A stretch of 64,000 bases of DNA from Abditibacterium sp. (lineage in GTDB: Bacteria > Armatimonadota > Abditibacteriia > Abditibacteriales > Abditibacteriaceae): assembly GCA_965199495.1 (NCBI GenBank), contig CBDASK010000003.1:3456001-3520000 (forward strand). The letters run 5' to 3'. The notes beneath the pieces are model-generated. The model saw only the letters and a program-made list of their open reading frames with translations, did not search any database and was not told the origin of the DNA. Both the position numbers and the translations under genes were made by a program. Of this stretch, positions 27,515 to 37,034 are shown piece after piece; the stretch's first letter is position 1; the number at the start of each line of letters is the position of its first letter.

Positions 27515-30094
27515 CTAACTCACGCGCACCAAATTCAATTTGTCGCCCCAGAATCGCTGTAATCCGCGCTCCAACGCCTGATGCTCCGGCCATTCGAGCG
27601 TCGGATCGGCTTGCACGACATCTTGCGCCGCCTCGCGCGCGAGGGCAATTACGTCAATATCTTCAATTAAATTCGCCAAGCGAAAATCGGGCATTCCGCT
27701 TTGGCGCGTGCCGTAAAACTCGCCCGGCCCGCGCAGTTGCAAATCGTGTTCGGCGATCTCGAAACCGTTTTGCGTTTTGACCATCACGTTTAAACGGGCT
27801 TTGCCGTCGTCGCCTTTGGGGTCGGCGAGCAAAATACATTTGCTGGCGCCCGGCCCGCGCCCGACGCGCCCGCGCAACTGGTGCAATTGCGAAAGTCCAA
27901 AGCGGTCGGCGTCTTCGATGAGCATTACCGTCGCGTTGGGCACGTCAACGCCGACTTCGATGACGGTTGTCGAAACCAACACGTCGTGCATTCCCTGCCG
28001 GAACAGTTCCATCTGTTCGTCGCGCTCGTAAATGTCCATTTGGCCGTGAACCAGACCGACGCGAAGCCCGTTCAACTCGTTTTCGCGCAACGATTCGGCG
28101 ACCGCCGTGGCTGCCTTGAGGTTGGCGAGTTTTTCCGATTCTTCGACGAGCGGGCAAACCACATACGCCTGATGGCCTTTGCCAACTTCGGCGCGCACAT
28201 AATTGTAAGCGCGCTCGCGGGCCGATGGCTTGATTTTCATCGTCTTAATCGGCTGGCGACCGGGCGGCAGTTCGTCCAAAACCGAGACGTCCAAATCGCC
28301 GTAAACCGTCAAAGCTAAAGTGCGCGGAATCGGCGTTGCTGTCATTACCACGACATCGGGGCGCACGCCGCCCGCGCCTTTTTCGGCGAGCGCCGCGCGC
28401 TGCATCACGCCGAAACGATGTTGCTCGTCCACCACGCAAACGCCCAACTTATGAAACTCGACGCCTTCCTGAATCAAGGCGTGCGTGCCGACGACGACGT
28501 GCGTGCGGCCCTCGGCCAAATCCGCCAAAATCGCGCGCTTGTTTTTGGCTTTTAAGCTGCCTTCCAACAAACCGACTTCGACGCCCAATGGCTTGAGCAA
28601 CCGATCTAAAACATAGAAATGTTGCTCGCTCAAAATCTCGGTCGGCGCCAAAAGCGCGCCCTGATAACCGGCCTTGAACGCCGACCACAACGCATAAGCC
28701 GCGACAATGGTTTTGCCGCTTCCCACGTCGCCGTGCAAAAGCCGGTTTGTGGGGCGCGGCGAGCGCAAGTCGAGGCGAATTTCGTTCATCACACGCTTTT
28801 GCGCGCCGGTGAGTTTAAACGGTAGCGCCGCGATGAACTTTTTGATTTCGTCGTTTTCGACGATGACGCGATTGCCCGCTTCCTCGAAATGCGCGCTGCG
28901 TTTTTTCTGGGCCAGCGCGACTTGCAACAGAAATAATTCCTCGAAAACCAGACGATAACGCGCGCGTTCTTTGGTGTCTTCGTCATCGGGAAAATGAATC
29001 GCGCGGAGAGCCGGTTCCATTTCCATCAAATCGAATTTTTCGCGAATATCGGGCGGAATCATCTCTTCCAAAGTTGGCCCGTATCTATCCAGAGCGTCGG
29101 CGATTGCGCGGCGCATATTCGACTGGAACAAGCCGTCGGAAAGCGGATAGACCGGCACGATGCGTCCGATTTGCGAGCCGTCGCCTTCGCTGACAATTTC
29201 AAATTCGGGACTGTCCACCTGCAAGACGCCGTTAAATTCCGAGATTTTGCCGAACGCGAAAACCTGCGTGCCAACCGGAAACTGTTTGGCGCGCCATGCC
29301 TGATTCCACCATTGCAAATCCACGAAGCCGGTTCCGTCGCCCACGCGCACGCGCGTGATTTTGCGATGGCCCATGTCGCGCGTTTGCGCTTCGTATTGCA
29401 CCGTCGCCAGAAACGAATCTTTGTCGCCCGGCAATAACTCGGCGATAGATTTCACGATGCGCCGGTCTTCGTAGCGCGCCGGAAAATGATGCAGCAGATC
29501 GTCAATGGTGCGAATGCCTAATTTCGCCAACGTCTTGGCGCGCCCGGTGCCGATACCTTTTAAATAAAGCACGCCTTCGTCAATCGAAATCGGTTCGGGT
29601 TCGGGCTTTTCGGCACGTTCTGTTTTCGCGATGGGCGCCACTTCTTCGATTTCATCGGCTGTTCGCGGCAACGATTCGATTGGCGCCGCCGATGCAGCCA
29701 CGGCGGGCGCCTGCGCTTCGCGGCGTTGCTGCGCTTGCGCGCGCGAAACCGTAATTGCCGGACGCGGCGGCGTGGCTGCATTGCGTTCGGCGATGGGCGC
29801 GCTATCCAATGTATCTTCGAGTTTGTCCACCAATTCGCCGGTCACGCGCACGATATGGCGGCGCGTGTCTTCGTCTTCATAAGGATAACGCTTCCAAATA
29901 TCGTGCAATCGTTGCAGCGTAAATTCGCATGTCACTGGCACGGCGTCGTCGCCTGAGGCAATCGCGTCCAGAGCGCGTTGGGTTATCGTCATATAAAAGC
30001 GGCTGGTGCCGCCGTCCATCGCCGAATTGTTCCACTCTTTGGCGGTTTCGAGCGGGAGCGGCGCGCGTAATTTGTCGAGGTTTTCGCGAAGCAT
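27515..30094 (-). CDS. recG: ATP-dependent DNA helicase RecG
   Basis: RLLHGDVGSGKT, APTEIL, DEQHRFGV, MTATPIPRTL, QLRGRVGRG, DLQLRGPGE. Confidence 0.97.
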   Translation of the reverse strand: MLRENLDKLRAPLPLETAKEWNNSAMDGGTSRFYMTITQRALDAIASGDDAVPVTCEFTLQRLHDIWKRYPYEDEDTRRHIVRVTGELVDKLEDTLDSAPIAERNAATPPRPAITVSRAQAQQRREAQAPAVAASAAPIESLPRTADEIEEVAPIAKTERAEKPEPEPISIDEGVLYLKGIGTGRAKTLAKLGIRTIDDLLHHFPARYEDRRIVKSIAELLPGDKDSFLATVQYEAQTRDMGHRKITRVRVGDGTGFVDLQWWNQAWRAKQFPVGTQVFAFGKISEFNGVLQVDSPEFEIVSEGDGSQIGRIVPVYPLSDGLFQSNMRRAIADALDRYGPTLEEMIPPDIREKFDLMEMEPALRAIHFPDDEDTKERARYRLVFEELFLLQVALAQKKRSAHFEEAGNRVIVENDEIKKFIAALPFKLTGAQKRVMNEIRLDLRSPRPTNRLLHGDVGSGKTIVAAYALWSAFKAGYQGALLAPTEILSEQHFYVLDRLLKPLGVEVGLLEGSLKAKNKRAILADLAEGRTHVVVGTHALIQEGVEFHKLGVCVVDEQHRFGVMQRAALAEKGAGGVRPDVVVMTATPIPRTLALTVYGDLDVSVLDELPPGRQPIKTMKIKPSARERAYNYVRAEVGKGHQAYVVCPLVEESEKLANLKAATAVAESLRENELNGLRVGLVHGQMDIYERDEQMELFRQGMHDVLVSTTVIEVGVDVPNATVMLIEDADRFGLSQLHQLRGRVGRGPGASKCILLADPKGDDGKARLNVMVKTQNGFEIAEHDLQLRGPGEFYGTRQSGMPDFRLANLIEDIDVIALAREAAQDVVQADPTLEWPEHQALERGLQRFWGDKLNLVRVS

Positions 30095-30312
30095 ATATTG
30101 ATAAATCTTAGTTTAGTCGAGTGCGGTTCAATGGATTGGATGAAATCGTTTGGCGACGAATTATAGCCGTTTATCATCCGTGAATAGACTGCTCCGAAAA
30201 TTTATTTTTTGAGCAGGGAACAACAACAAACCACTCGACTTTAGAGAACAAGGAAGCGAATGTTGCCGTAGGGCAAAACAAAAACATTCGCAAAGTAGAT
30301 CAAGCTAATATA

Positions 30313-30843
30313 ATGAAAATCCACAAATTCTCCCGCTACGGCCTCTTGGCCCTGACCCTCGCCACCAGCGCCATCGCCACACCGAACTTCGCTCACGCTC
30401 AGGACAAAATGTCTGACAGCAAAATGTCGGGCGACAAAATGCACGACAGCAAAATGTCCGGTGACAAAATGTCGGGCGACAAAATGCACGACAACAAAAT
30501 GGGCGCTGCGATGACATCGGCTCACTTGAGCGGCGGCTTCAAGCAGGTCACGCACGCCACGTCGGGCACCGCTACTCTCGTCGGCGATAAGCTGACGCTG
30601 ACGAACTTCAAAACGGGCGCTGGCCCCAAATTGCACGTTTACCTCGTGCAGGGCGACGTTTCGAGCAACGCGGCCATCAAAAAGGCCGTTGCCGCCAAAA
30701 AGTTCACCGATCTGGGCTTGCTCAAAAGCACTTCGGGCAACCAGAACTACGCTTTGCCCAAGGGAGCGCACGCCCAAGGCGCCAGCGTCGTGGTGTGGTG
30801 CGCTAAGTTCAATGTCGCCTTTGGTTCGGCGAAATTGGGTTAA
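30313..30843 (+). CDS. Exported DM13-domain protein with Met-rich pentapeptide (MXKDX-like) repeats
   Basis: Signal peptide; DKMSDSKMSGDKMHDSKMSGDKMSGDKMHDNKM; DM13 motifs H.TSG, GPKLHVYL, DLG.LK, GNQNY and VWC..F.V.FG.A. Confidence 0.88.
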   Translation: MKIHKFSRYGLLALTLATSAIATPNFAHAQDKMSDSKMSGDKMHDSKMSGDKMSGDKMHDNKMGAAMTSAHLSGGFKQVTHATSGTATLVGDKLTLTNFKTGAGPKLHVYLVQGDVSSNAAIKKAVAAKKFTDLGLLKSTSGNQNYALPKGAHAQGASVVVWCAKFNVAFGSAKLG

Positions 30844-30855
30844 TTCAGCACGCAG

Positions 30856-30892
30856 AAAAAACGGGCAACGATTCATCGTTGCCCGTTTTTTT
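30856..30892 (+). terminator. Intrinsic terminator
   Basis: AACGGGCAACGAT-TC-ATCGTTGCCCGTT followed by a T tract. Confidence 0.8.
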
Positions 30893-30917
30893 GTGCCCGA
30901 TGCGACGCTGATCGGGC

Positions 30918-30945
30918 GGGAACAAAGCTCCGATGATCAACATTG
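30918..30945 (+). promoter_or_regulatory. Putative ECF promoter GGGAAC-N18-ATTG
   Basis: GGGAAC aaagctccgatgatcaac ATTG upstream of a ZAS gene; same spacing at 33919 and 36975. Confidence 0.6.
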
Positions 30946-30982
30946 AACCCAATAGAACGTTCTTTTGAGCGCGGACATTCTC

Positions 30983-31303
30983 ATGTTTTTGACACTTCTC
31001 CTTTGCAAACGAGCTTTACAGCAAATGGACGATTACCTTGATGGCGAACTTGTGCTGAGCGATATGTTGGCCGTTAGTCGGCATTTGCGGCTCTGTCACG
31101 CTTGCCAGAAAAAGTTTGCTTTCGAGGCCCAGTTGTCCCAAGAAATGAGAGACCAATTGCAAAAGATGACCGCTCTCGAAGAGCGCGCGTTGACAGATAT
31201 GTCGGCGCGCGTGTTGTGTTCTTTGAGCGAGCTTGACGAGTTCGATATTTCACCGCCCACTGGCGACGCGCCATTAACGCAAGAAAATAGAAACTTCATC
31301 TGA
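30983..31303 (+). CDS. Orphan zinc-binding anti-sigma-like protein (zf-HC2, RsrA-like)
   Basis: C...L..MDDYLDGEL...HLRLCHAC..KF.FE containing HxxxCxxC. Confidence 0.8.
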   Translation: MFLTLLLCKRALQQMDDYLDGELVLSDMLAVSRHLRLCHACQKKFAFEAQLSQEMRDQLQKMTALEERALTDMSARVLCSLSELDEFDISPPTGDAPLTQENRNFI

Positions 31304-31314
31304 AAGGTTTCACT

Positions 31315-32250
31315 TTACTCGCTCGATCCAGCTTTTAGCAACTGCGACAAAGCTGCTTCGATACGTTGGGTTTCGCCGGTTTCGCCTCCGAAATCGCGCC
31401 AGAGTAGAGCGGCTTCGAGGCGTTCGTGTTGAGTTGACAATTTCGCTTTATAAGCCGGTTTTTGTTTGTCCCTTTTCTTTCCGCGCACGCCGATGGCGCG
31501 CCACAAATTCTTTTGATATTCGAGCGGATAATGGTTTTGAAGCACTTCGACCAATTCGAGAATTGGCGCTACCGAAGGGCGCGCCGTCCACTGATAAAGA
31601 GGATAAATCGACACGCCGTTGATGCGACTCCCATAAAGATACCATGTCCTCGAATTTTCGTCGGTTTCGTGATAACTGAGCTTTTGCAGCGCGGGCACGA
31701 GCGCATCCCACTTTTCCGGGGTTTCCAAATCGCGTGTCAAATCCGTCCATTTTCGCTCATCGTCGTTCAACCTTGCGAACGCGCGCGCCGCCTGTAAATC
31801 GCCATCGGCGTTTTCGCTCAGCCAATTCTCGAACCATTCGAGCGGTTGGCTCATCCACGCGATTTGTCCCTGCGGCGCCGGAAAATTCGCCTTCCAATGC
31901 CAAATTGCGCCCTTGCGCTGCACCGCCGATTTCACGAGGGCGCGTTTGGGCCGTACCAGCGCCCAATCGTCGCCATCGCTAAATGGCACGACGCGAAAGA
32001 ATGTGCGGCCCGCGTAAGCCGCCGAAATATATTTGTTCAGCGTCGCCAACCGTTGTTGAGAGAGCGGGCGTTTGGCGGGCGCGCCGCGTCCCAAAATGCA
32101 CCACACGATTTGCGGATCGGCGCCTTGGATGCGAAAGAATAAATCACCGAATCCGCTCGTCCATTCGATTAAAGGCGGATTGGATAGACGCGGCGTGGCT
32201 GCAAGGTGTAGCGTGTCGGGGAAGGGCGCGAATAAATCGGTGATTTTCAT
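31315..32250 (-). CDS. Hypothetical protein, Trp-rich
   Basis: 311-aa ORF co-oriented with, and 3 nt from, the upstream ORF. Confidence 0.7.
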   Translation of the reverse strand: MKITDLFAPFPDTLHLAATPRLSNPPLIEWTSGFGDLFFRIQGADPQIVWCILGRGAPAKRPLSQQRLATLNKYISAAYAGRTFFRVVPFSDGDDWALVRPKRALVKSAVQRKGAIWHWKANFPAPQGQIAWMSQPLEWFENWLSENADGDLQAARAFARLNDDERKWTDLTRDLETPEKWDALVPALQKLSYHETDENSRTWYLYGSRINGVSIYPLYQWTARPSVAPILELVEVLQNHYPLEYQKNLWRAIGVRGKKRDKQKPAYKAKLSTQHERLEAALLWRDFGGETGETQRIEAALSQLLKAGSSE

Positions 32251-32253
32251 GCG

Positions 32254-32784
32254 TTATTCTTCGTCGCCGACCGGAACGAAAACTTCGGCTTCTAATTCCG
32301 GCAACGCCGTTTGCAACGCGCTGTCTTCGTCGTAAACCTCGACGTTGCCACCGGCTCCGGTGCCCAGCGCCAAAACTGCCGGTTGACCGTCGTGATGTAG
32401 CAACAGCCAGCTCGCTTCGTCCGATCCCCACAAATCGGCGCCCATGTTGGCCTGGCCATCAATCAGCGATAATCCGCCGCCTTCGGGCCGCGCCGTGATG
32501 ACCGCGCGTGGCACGCCGTCGCGCCCGTTGATCGCCAGTGTCGCGCCCTCTTCGGTCGTGACGAGCGCCGCCAGATGGCCGCTTTCGGGCGCGTTGGCGT
32601 CGGCGAAATGCAGCGTCGGGCCGTCGTCTTTAATGGCGATTTGCACGCTATAACGTTCGCCGTGGCTGATGCGCAGCGACGCGCAATGCAAGTCGAGGCC
32701 GCCATCGGACAAAGCGATTTTGAGTTCGTGAAGTTGAGCGCGCAACTCGGCGATTTCGGCGCGCAGCGATTCGATTTCGGTCAT
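32254..32784 (-). CDS. Hypothetical protein with N-terminal coiled coil and beta-rich repeats
   Basis: EIESLRAEIAELRAQL followed by repeated G..L.l.d..G units. Confidence 0.65.
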   Translation of the reverse strand: MTEIESLRAEIAELRAQLHELKIALSDGGLDLHCASLRISHGERYSVQIAIKDDGPTLHFADANAPESGHLAALVTTEEGATLAINGRDGVPRAVITARPEGGGLSLIDGQANMGADLWGSDEASWLLLHHDGQPAVLALGTGAGGNVEVYDEDSALQTALPELEAEVFVPVGDEE

Positions 32785-32890
32785 AATTGGGGGTGAAAGT
32801 TGGAAGCAGGCGCAGCCGACTTCTGCTTTACATTTTGGCATAAATTGCGGCGTGCGTGACCGCGCGTGTTACAATTTATTGCGGTGATTT

Positions 32891-33550
32891 ATGGATTATT
32901 CTCCCGATTGCTCCGAGTTTGAGAACTTATTGGAAGAGATTTTACCTTCGGCGCTCAAGACCGCGCTTTATCTATGCCGCGACGCCGACGACGCGCAGGA
33001 TTTGGTGCAGGACACCGCGATTCAGGCCTTTCGGCAGTTCGATAAATGGGAGAGTGGCACCAATTTCAAGGCATGGTTTTTGAAGGTGCAACACAACTGT
33101 TTTCTGGGCCGCTTGCGCCACGACGCGCGGCGCCCGCAAACCGTGCAGGTCGAGGACGAAGAAACCGTCGAGAGTTTGTTTTTGTGGGAGCAGACGCGCG
33201 GCGCCAAAGCGTGGGGCGGCGACCCGGCGGCGCGCTTGCTGGCGCAAATCGAGGGCGAGCAAGTCACCGACGCATTGCGCGGTTTGGCGCCCGAATTTCG
33301 CGCGGTCTGCACGCTGTTTTTCGTTCACGAAATGAGCTACGAACAGATCGCCGAAGTGACCGGCACGCCAATTGGAACGGTGCGTTCGCGATTGCATCGC
33401 GGGCGACGGCACCTGCAAAAATCGCTGTGGAAATTGGCGCAGGAACGCGGTTTGGTGGGCGACGAAATGGGCCACACTTTAGACAAAAGTCGCGCGCTGG
33501 CGGCGCTGGCTTTGCTGTTGGCGATTGGATCGGGAGGCTTTCATGTTTAG
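32891..33550 (+). CDS. ECF sigma factor, SigR/SigH-like, copy 1
   Basis: DAQDLVQDT..AF..F..GTNFKAW, MSYEQIAE..GTPIGTVRSRLHRGR; hydrophobic C-terminal tail. Confidence 0.92.
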   Translation: MDYSPDCSEFENLLEEILPSALKTALYLCRDADDAQDLVQDTAIQAFRQFDKWESGTNFKAWFLKVQHNCFLGRLRHDARRPQTVQVEDEETVESLFLWEQTRGAKAWGGDPAARLLAQIEGEQVTDALRGLAPEFRAVCTLFFVHEMSYEQIAEVTGTPIGTVRSRLHRGRRHLQKSLWKLAQERGLVGDEMGHTLDKSRALAALALLLAIGSGGFHV

Positions 33551-33830
33551 AATCAAAGTTTTGGGATTGGATATTTACGGTTGTCGTGAGGCGCTACAAC
33601 GCTTGGACGATTTCACCGACCGCGAACTGGCGCCCGACGAAAATGGCAAAATCGAGCAACATTTGAAATTGTGCCACGAATGCGCGCGCAAGTTCAAGTT
33701 CGAGCGCGATTTGGTCGAAGGTCTGCGCGCCAAAGTCGAGCAGACCACGACAACCGACACACCGGAAATTAGCGCACTCAAAGGGCGTATCGCGGTATTA
33801 TTGGCGGCGGAAAGAGACGCGGAGAAATAA
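33543..33830 (+). CDS. RsrA/RshA-like ZAS anti-sigma factor, copy 1
   Basis: GCREAL..LDDFTDREL...HLKLCHEC; start overlaps the sigma stop (ATGTTTAG). Confidence 0.88.
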   Translation: MFRIKVLGLDIYGCREALQRLDDFTDRELAPDENGKIEQHLKLCHECARKFKFERDLVEGLRAKVEQTTTTDTPEISALKGRIAVLLAAERDAEK

Positions 33831-33839
33831 ACTTTTTGG

Positions 33840-33869
33840 ACGGGAAGCGAACTTTCGCTTCCCGTTTTT
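33840..33869 (+). terminator. Intrinsic terminator
   Basis: ACGGGAAGCGAA-CT-TTCGCTTCCCGT followed by TTTT. Confidence 0.75.
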
Positions 33870-33918
33870 CGCCGTCTCTACGCGGCGTTACATCGTGAAA
33901 CGTTGAATTTAACGCGCG

Positions 33919-33946
33919 GGGAACAACAGCCACGGCGTCGCCATTG
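33919..33946 (+). promoter_or_regulatory. Putative ECF promoter GGGAAC-N18-ATTG
   Basis: GGGAAC aacagccacggcgtcgcc ATTG, 22 nt upstream of the ZAS/NDH-2 unit. Confidence 0.6.
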
Positions 33947-33968
33947 GAAGGGTTGAGCCAGTCCCGCT

Positions 33969-34250
33969 ATGTCCCTCACGTTTTTCAGTTGCGCCCGCAC
34001 GCTCGCGCGCCTCGACGATTATCTCGACCGCGAACTCTCGCCGCGCGAAACCACAATGGTGCGCGGCCATTTGCGCCTGTGCCACCAGTGCGAAGAAAAA
34101 TTCGCCTTCGAGCAACGTTTTGCCGACGTTCTGCGCGAAAACATCGCGGCAATTACGCGGCTGGAAACTGAGGCGTTCAAAGGGTTGCCGACGCGAATGT
34201 TGGCAGCGCTCGACGAACTGGAAAACACGGCGGCTCCTTCCCATGTCTGA
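33969..34250 (+). CDS. Orphan ZAS (zf-HC2) protein coupled to NDH-2
   Basis: SCARTLARLDDYLDREL...HLRLCHQC; stop overlaps the NDH-2 ATG (ATGTCTGA). Confidence 0.85.
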   Translation: MSLTFFSCARTLARLDDYLDRELSPRETTMVRGHLRLCHQCEEKFAFEQRFADVLRENIAAITRLETEAFKGLPTRMLAALDELENTAAPSHV

Positions 34251-35585
34251 TCTGCAATACGGGCGCGACGATGCCCGCGAAATCGTCATCGTTGGCGGCG
34301 GATTCGGCGGGCTTTATGCCGCGCTCGAACTCGAACGGTTGCTGCAACGCGAACTGAAAGCTGGTCTCGTCAAAATCACGCTGATCGCGCGCGACAATTT
34401 CTTTTTGTTCACGCCGATGCTGCACGAAGTCGCGGCGGGCGATCTCAATCCGGCGCACATCGTCAACCCGATTCATTGTCTGCTGAAACAGACCGATTTT
34501 TTTTGTGGCGAAGTCGAAAGCTTTGATCTGGCGCACAAACGCGTGTGCGTGCGACACGGCGGCGCGCTCAGATCGCACGAACACACGCACACTTTGACCT
34601 ACGACAGTCTAGTTTTGGCGCCCGGCAGCGCCGCCAGTTTCGGTGACGTGCCCGGCGTATCTGCTGTCGCGCTGACGATGCGCACGCTGGGCGACGCCAT
34701 CGCGCTGCGCGGTCGTTTGATTGACGCGCTCGAAGTCGCCGACGCCGATTGTTTCGCGCAAATGCGTGCGCCGCTTCTCACGGTCGCCATCGCGGGCGGT
34801 GGGTTTTCGGGTGTCGAAACGGCGGGCGCCGTCAACGATTTTCTGCGCGACGCCGTGCGTCAATATCATCATCTCAAAGCGCAAAGCGTGCGCGTGGTTT
34901 TGATTCATAGCGGCCCGCGCGTTTTGCCCGAATTGGGCGAAAAGTTGGGCGATTACGCGACGGCGGAACTGCGCAAAACGGCGTCGAAATTCATCTGGGC
35001 GCGCGTGTCGCGGCCTACGAAGAAGGCGTCGTCGTGCTGGATAACGGCGAGCGAATTCCGACGGAAACGTTGGTTTGGACGGTCGGCAACGCGGCGCATC
35101 CGTTGCTTTCGCGGCTACCGACGCGCAGCGAACGCGGGCGCCTAATCGTCAACGAAAACTTGGAAATTCCCGAATGGCCCGACGTTTACGCGTTGGGCGA
35201 CGCCGCGCACGCTTTGGACGAAAACGGCAAACCGTATCCGCCGACGGCGCAACACGCGCTCCGTCAGGGCAAAGTCGTGGCGCACAACATCGCGGCGGGC
35301 TTGCGCGGCACGCCCAAAGAAGCGTTTCGCTTCAAAACGCTGGGCCAAATGGCGACTATCGGCAAACGCGCGGGCGTGGCCAACGTAATGGGCGTGCAGT
35401 TTTCGGGCATTTTGGCGTGGGCGATGTGGCGCACGATTTATCTGTCGAAACTGCCGCGCTTCGAGAAGAAACTGCGCGTCGCGCTCGATTGGACGCTCGA
35501 CTTGTTCTTCGCGCGCGATGTCGTGCGCTTGTCGTCGCCCGTCGCGCAGATGACGGAAGTAAAAATCGAGCCGGTGAAAGCGTAG
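34243..35585 (+). pseudogene. ndh: Type II NADH dehydrogenase (NDH-2) family, split by a 1-nt frameshift
   Basis: VIVGGGFGG, FTPML.EVA.G and GGGFSGVE.AG in the first frame; ALGDAA, PPTAQHA.RQG and G.LAW.MWR in the second. Adding one A at 34975-34978 restores ELRKNGVEIHLG. Confidence 0.85.
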
Positions 35586-35598
35586 GAAAATGAACGTT

Positions 35599-35634
35599 AA
35601 ACAACCGCGTTGCCTTTTGGCAACGCGGTTGTTT
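35599..35634 (+). terminator. Hairpin/terminator after ndh
   Basis: AAACAACCGCGTTGCC-TTTT-GGCAACGCGGTTGTTT. Confidence 0.7.
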
Positions 35635-35635
35635 C

Positions 35636-35729
35636 GTAGAGACACCGACTTGTCGTGTCTAAAACGTCGGAGTTGCCATTACGTTGAAGCATTTTTGACG
35701 TTTTAGACACGACAAGTCGGTGTCTCTAC
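35636..35729. repeat. GTAG-type REPIN, family A
   Basis: GTAGAGACACCGACTTGTCGTGTCTAAAACGTC ... GACGTTTTAGACACGACAAGTCGGTGTCTCTAC. Confidence 0.85.
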
Positions 35730-35832
35730 AGAATGGTAAATTCCTCTTAAATTTTCCATCGGGGAACAACAGCGTGCGGCCTTGCCATTTGGAAAAGTGT
35801 AAGCGAGAACCGCTCGTCTTCCCTTTATCGCC

Positions 35833-36834
35833 ATGAAAAACTCCAACTCTTCCTCCTCGAATACCAAAAACCGATTCAACCCGCGCCACTGGAGCCGCGC
35901 CAAACAATTCGGTATCGGTGCGCTCGGCCTCGTCATTTTGACCGGGGGCTGGGCCGCGTTTCGTCCCGAAAAATTGTTCGTCAACGAGCGCGTCAACGAA
36001 AGTTTCCCCGCCCAAACCGTTGGCATGAGTGCGCCCGCTCTCGTCAGTGACGGCACCTTTACCAGCGAGGCGCATCACACGATGGGCGCCGCGCAAATTT
36101 ACCAGACCGGCGACAATTACACGTTGCGTCTTTCCAATTTCGTGACTTCCAACGGCCCCGATGTCCACGTTTATCTGACCAAAGGCCAAAGCACCGACAA
36201 CGCTTCGATCAAGAACGGCCAGTTCCTCGATTTAGGCGTGATTAAAGGCAACGTCGGCGACCAAAATTACAAACTGCCCGCCGGTTTCAAAATTGCGAAC
36301 TACGAGGGCGTTTCGATCTGGTGCAAACGCTTTGGCGTCGGCTTTGGCGGCGCCAACTTCAACGCCGAAACTAATGCTCACGCAGACGCCATGAAGCCCG
36401 CCATCGTGCAGGCTTCGATGCCCGTGGCTGCGATGGACGAACACAAAATGGCGCCTTCGCCCGCAGCAGCCACGCCGAGCGTGGTGACGACGGGCGCGTT
36501 TCAAAAAATCACTCACGCGACCAAAGGCACCGCGACCATCACCGAGAACGAACAAGGCCAGCGCGTGCTGACGCTGAAGGATTTCGAGACCGGCAAAGGC
36601 CCGAAACTGCATCTTTATCTGTATAAAGCCGAACAGGTCAAGAATAACGACGCCGCGAAAAAGCTCGTCGCCGCGAAGAAGTTCATTGATCTGGGCGCGC
36701 TGAAAAGCACGAGCGGCCCGCAAACTTATACGGTGCCCGCCGACATCGATTTGTGGGAATTTCTCAACGTCGGCGTGTGGTGCGACCAGTTCAAAGTCAG
36801 CTTCGCGACGGCTCCGTTGGCCTCGCCACAATAA
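35833..36834 (+). CDS. Membrane-anchored protein with two DM13 domains
   Basis: N-terminal TM helix, FRPEKLFVN..VNE; two domains with GPDVHVYL..IWCKRF and GPKLHLYL..VWCDQF. Confidence 0.88.
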   Translation: MKNSNSSSSNTKNRFNPRHWSRAKQFGIGALGLVILTGGWAAFRPEKLFVNERVNESFPAQTVGMSAPALVSDGTFTSEAHHTMGAAQIYQTGDNYTLRLSNFVTSNGPDVHVYLTKGQSTDNASIKNGQFLDLGVIKGNVGDQNYKLPAGFKIANYEGVSIWCKRFGVGFGGANFNAETNAHADAMKPAIVQASMPVAAMDEHKMAPSPAAATPSVVTTGAFQKITHATKGTATITENEQGQRVLTLKDFETGKGPKLHLYLYKAEQVKNNDAAKKLVAAKKFIDLGALKSTSGPQTYTVPADIDLWEFLNVGVWCDQFKVSFATAPLASPQ

Positions 36835-36846
36835 TTAACGCAAACC

Positions 36847-36882
36847 AAAAGCGCGCCGCTCTTTTCGAGCGGCGCGCTTTTT
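36847..36882 (+). terminator. Intrinsic terminator
   Basis: AAAAGCGCGCCGCTC-TTTTC-GAGCGGCGCGCTTTTT. Confidence 0.8.
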
Positions 36883-36974
36883 CGTGGAGCTAATGGAATA
36901 ATGCCAAATCCAGTCGTCATTTGGGTGTGATTTGTCCGAGGAATCGCTTCGTTGGAAATAAAATTTCGCGAATC

Positions 36975-37002
36975 GGGAACATTATCTTTGAAGGTTCTAT
37001 TG
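36975..37002 (+). promoter_or_regulatory. Putative autoregulatory ECF promoter GGGAAC-N18-ATTG
   Basis: GGGAAC attatctttgaaggttct ATTG, 32 nt upstream of the second sigma ATG. Confidence 0.65.
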
Positions 37003-37034
37003 AACCTGTTGATTGCGAGAATAAACGAGATTCC

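Noticed and set aside
29580..30094. N-terminal extension of RecG considered as a novel fusion
   Set aside because: N-terminal extensions are known in RecG from several lineages, and much of this one is an Ala/Pro/Glu linker.
34975..34978. Programmed -1 frameshift in ndh
   Set aside because: No canonical slippery heptamer or clear stimulatory structure; mutation or sequencing error is simpler.
6317..35729. Repeated ~30-bp sequences with unique spacers, considered as CRISPR
   Set aside because: They are dispersed inverted doublets rather than tandem direct repeats, and there are no cas genes in the window.
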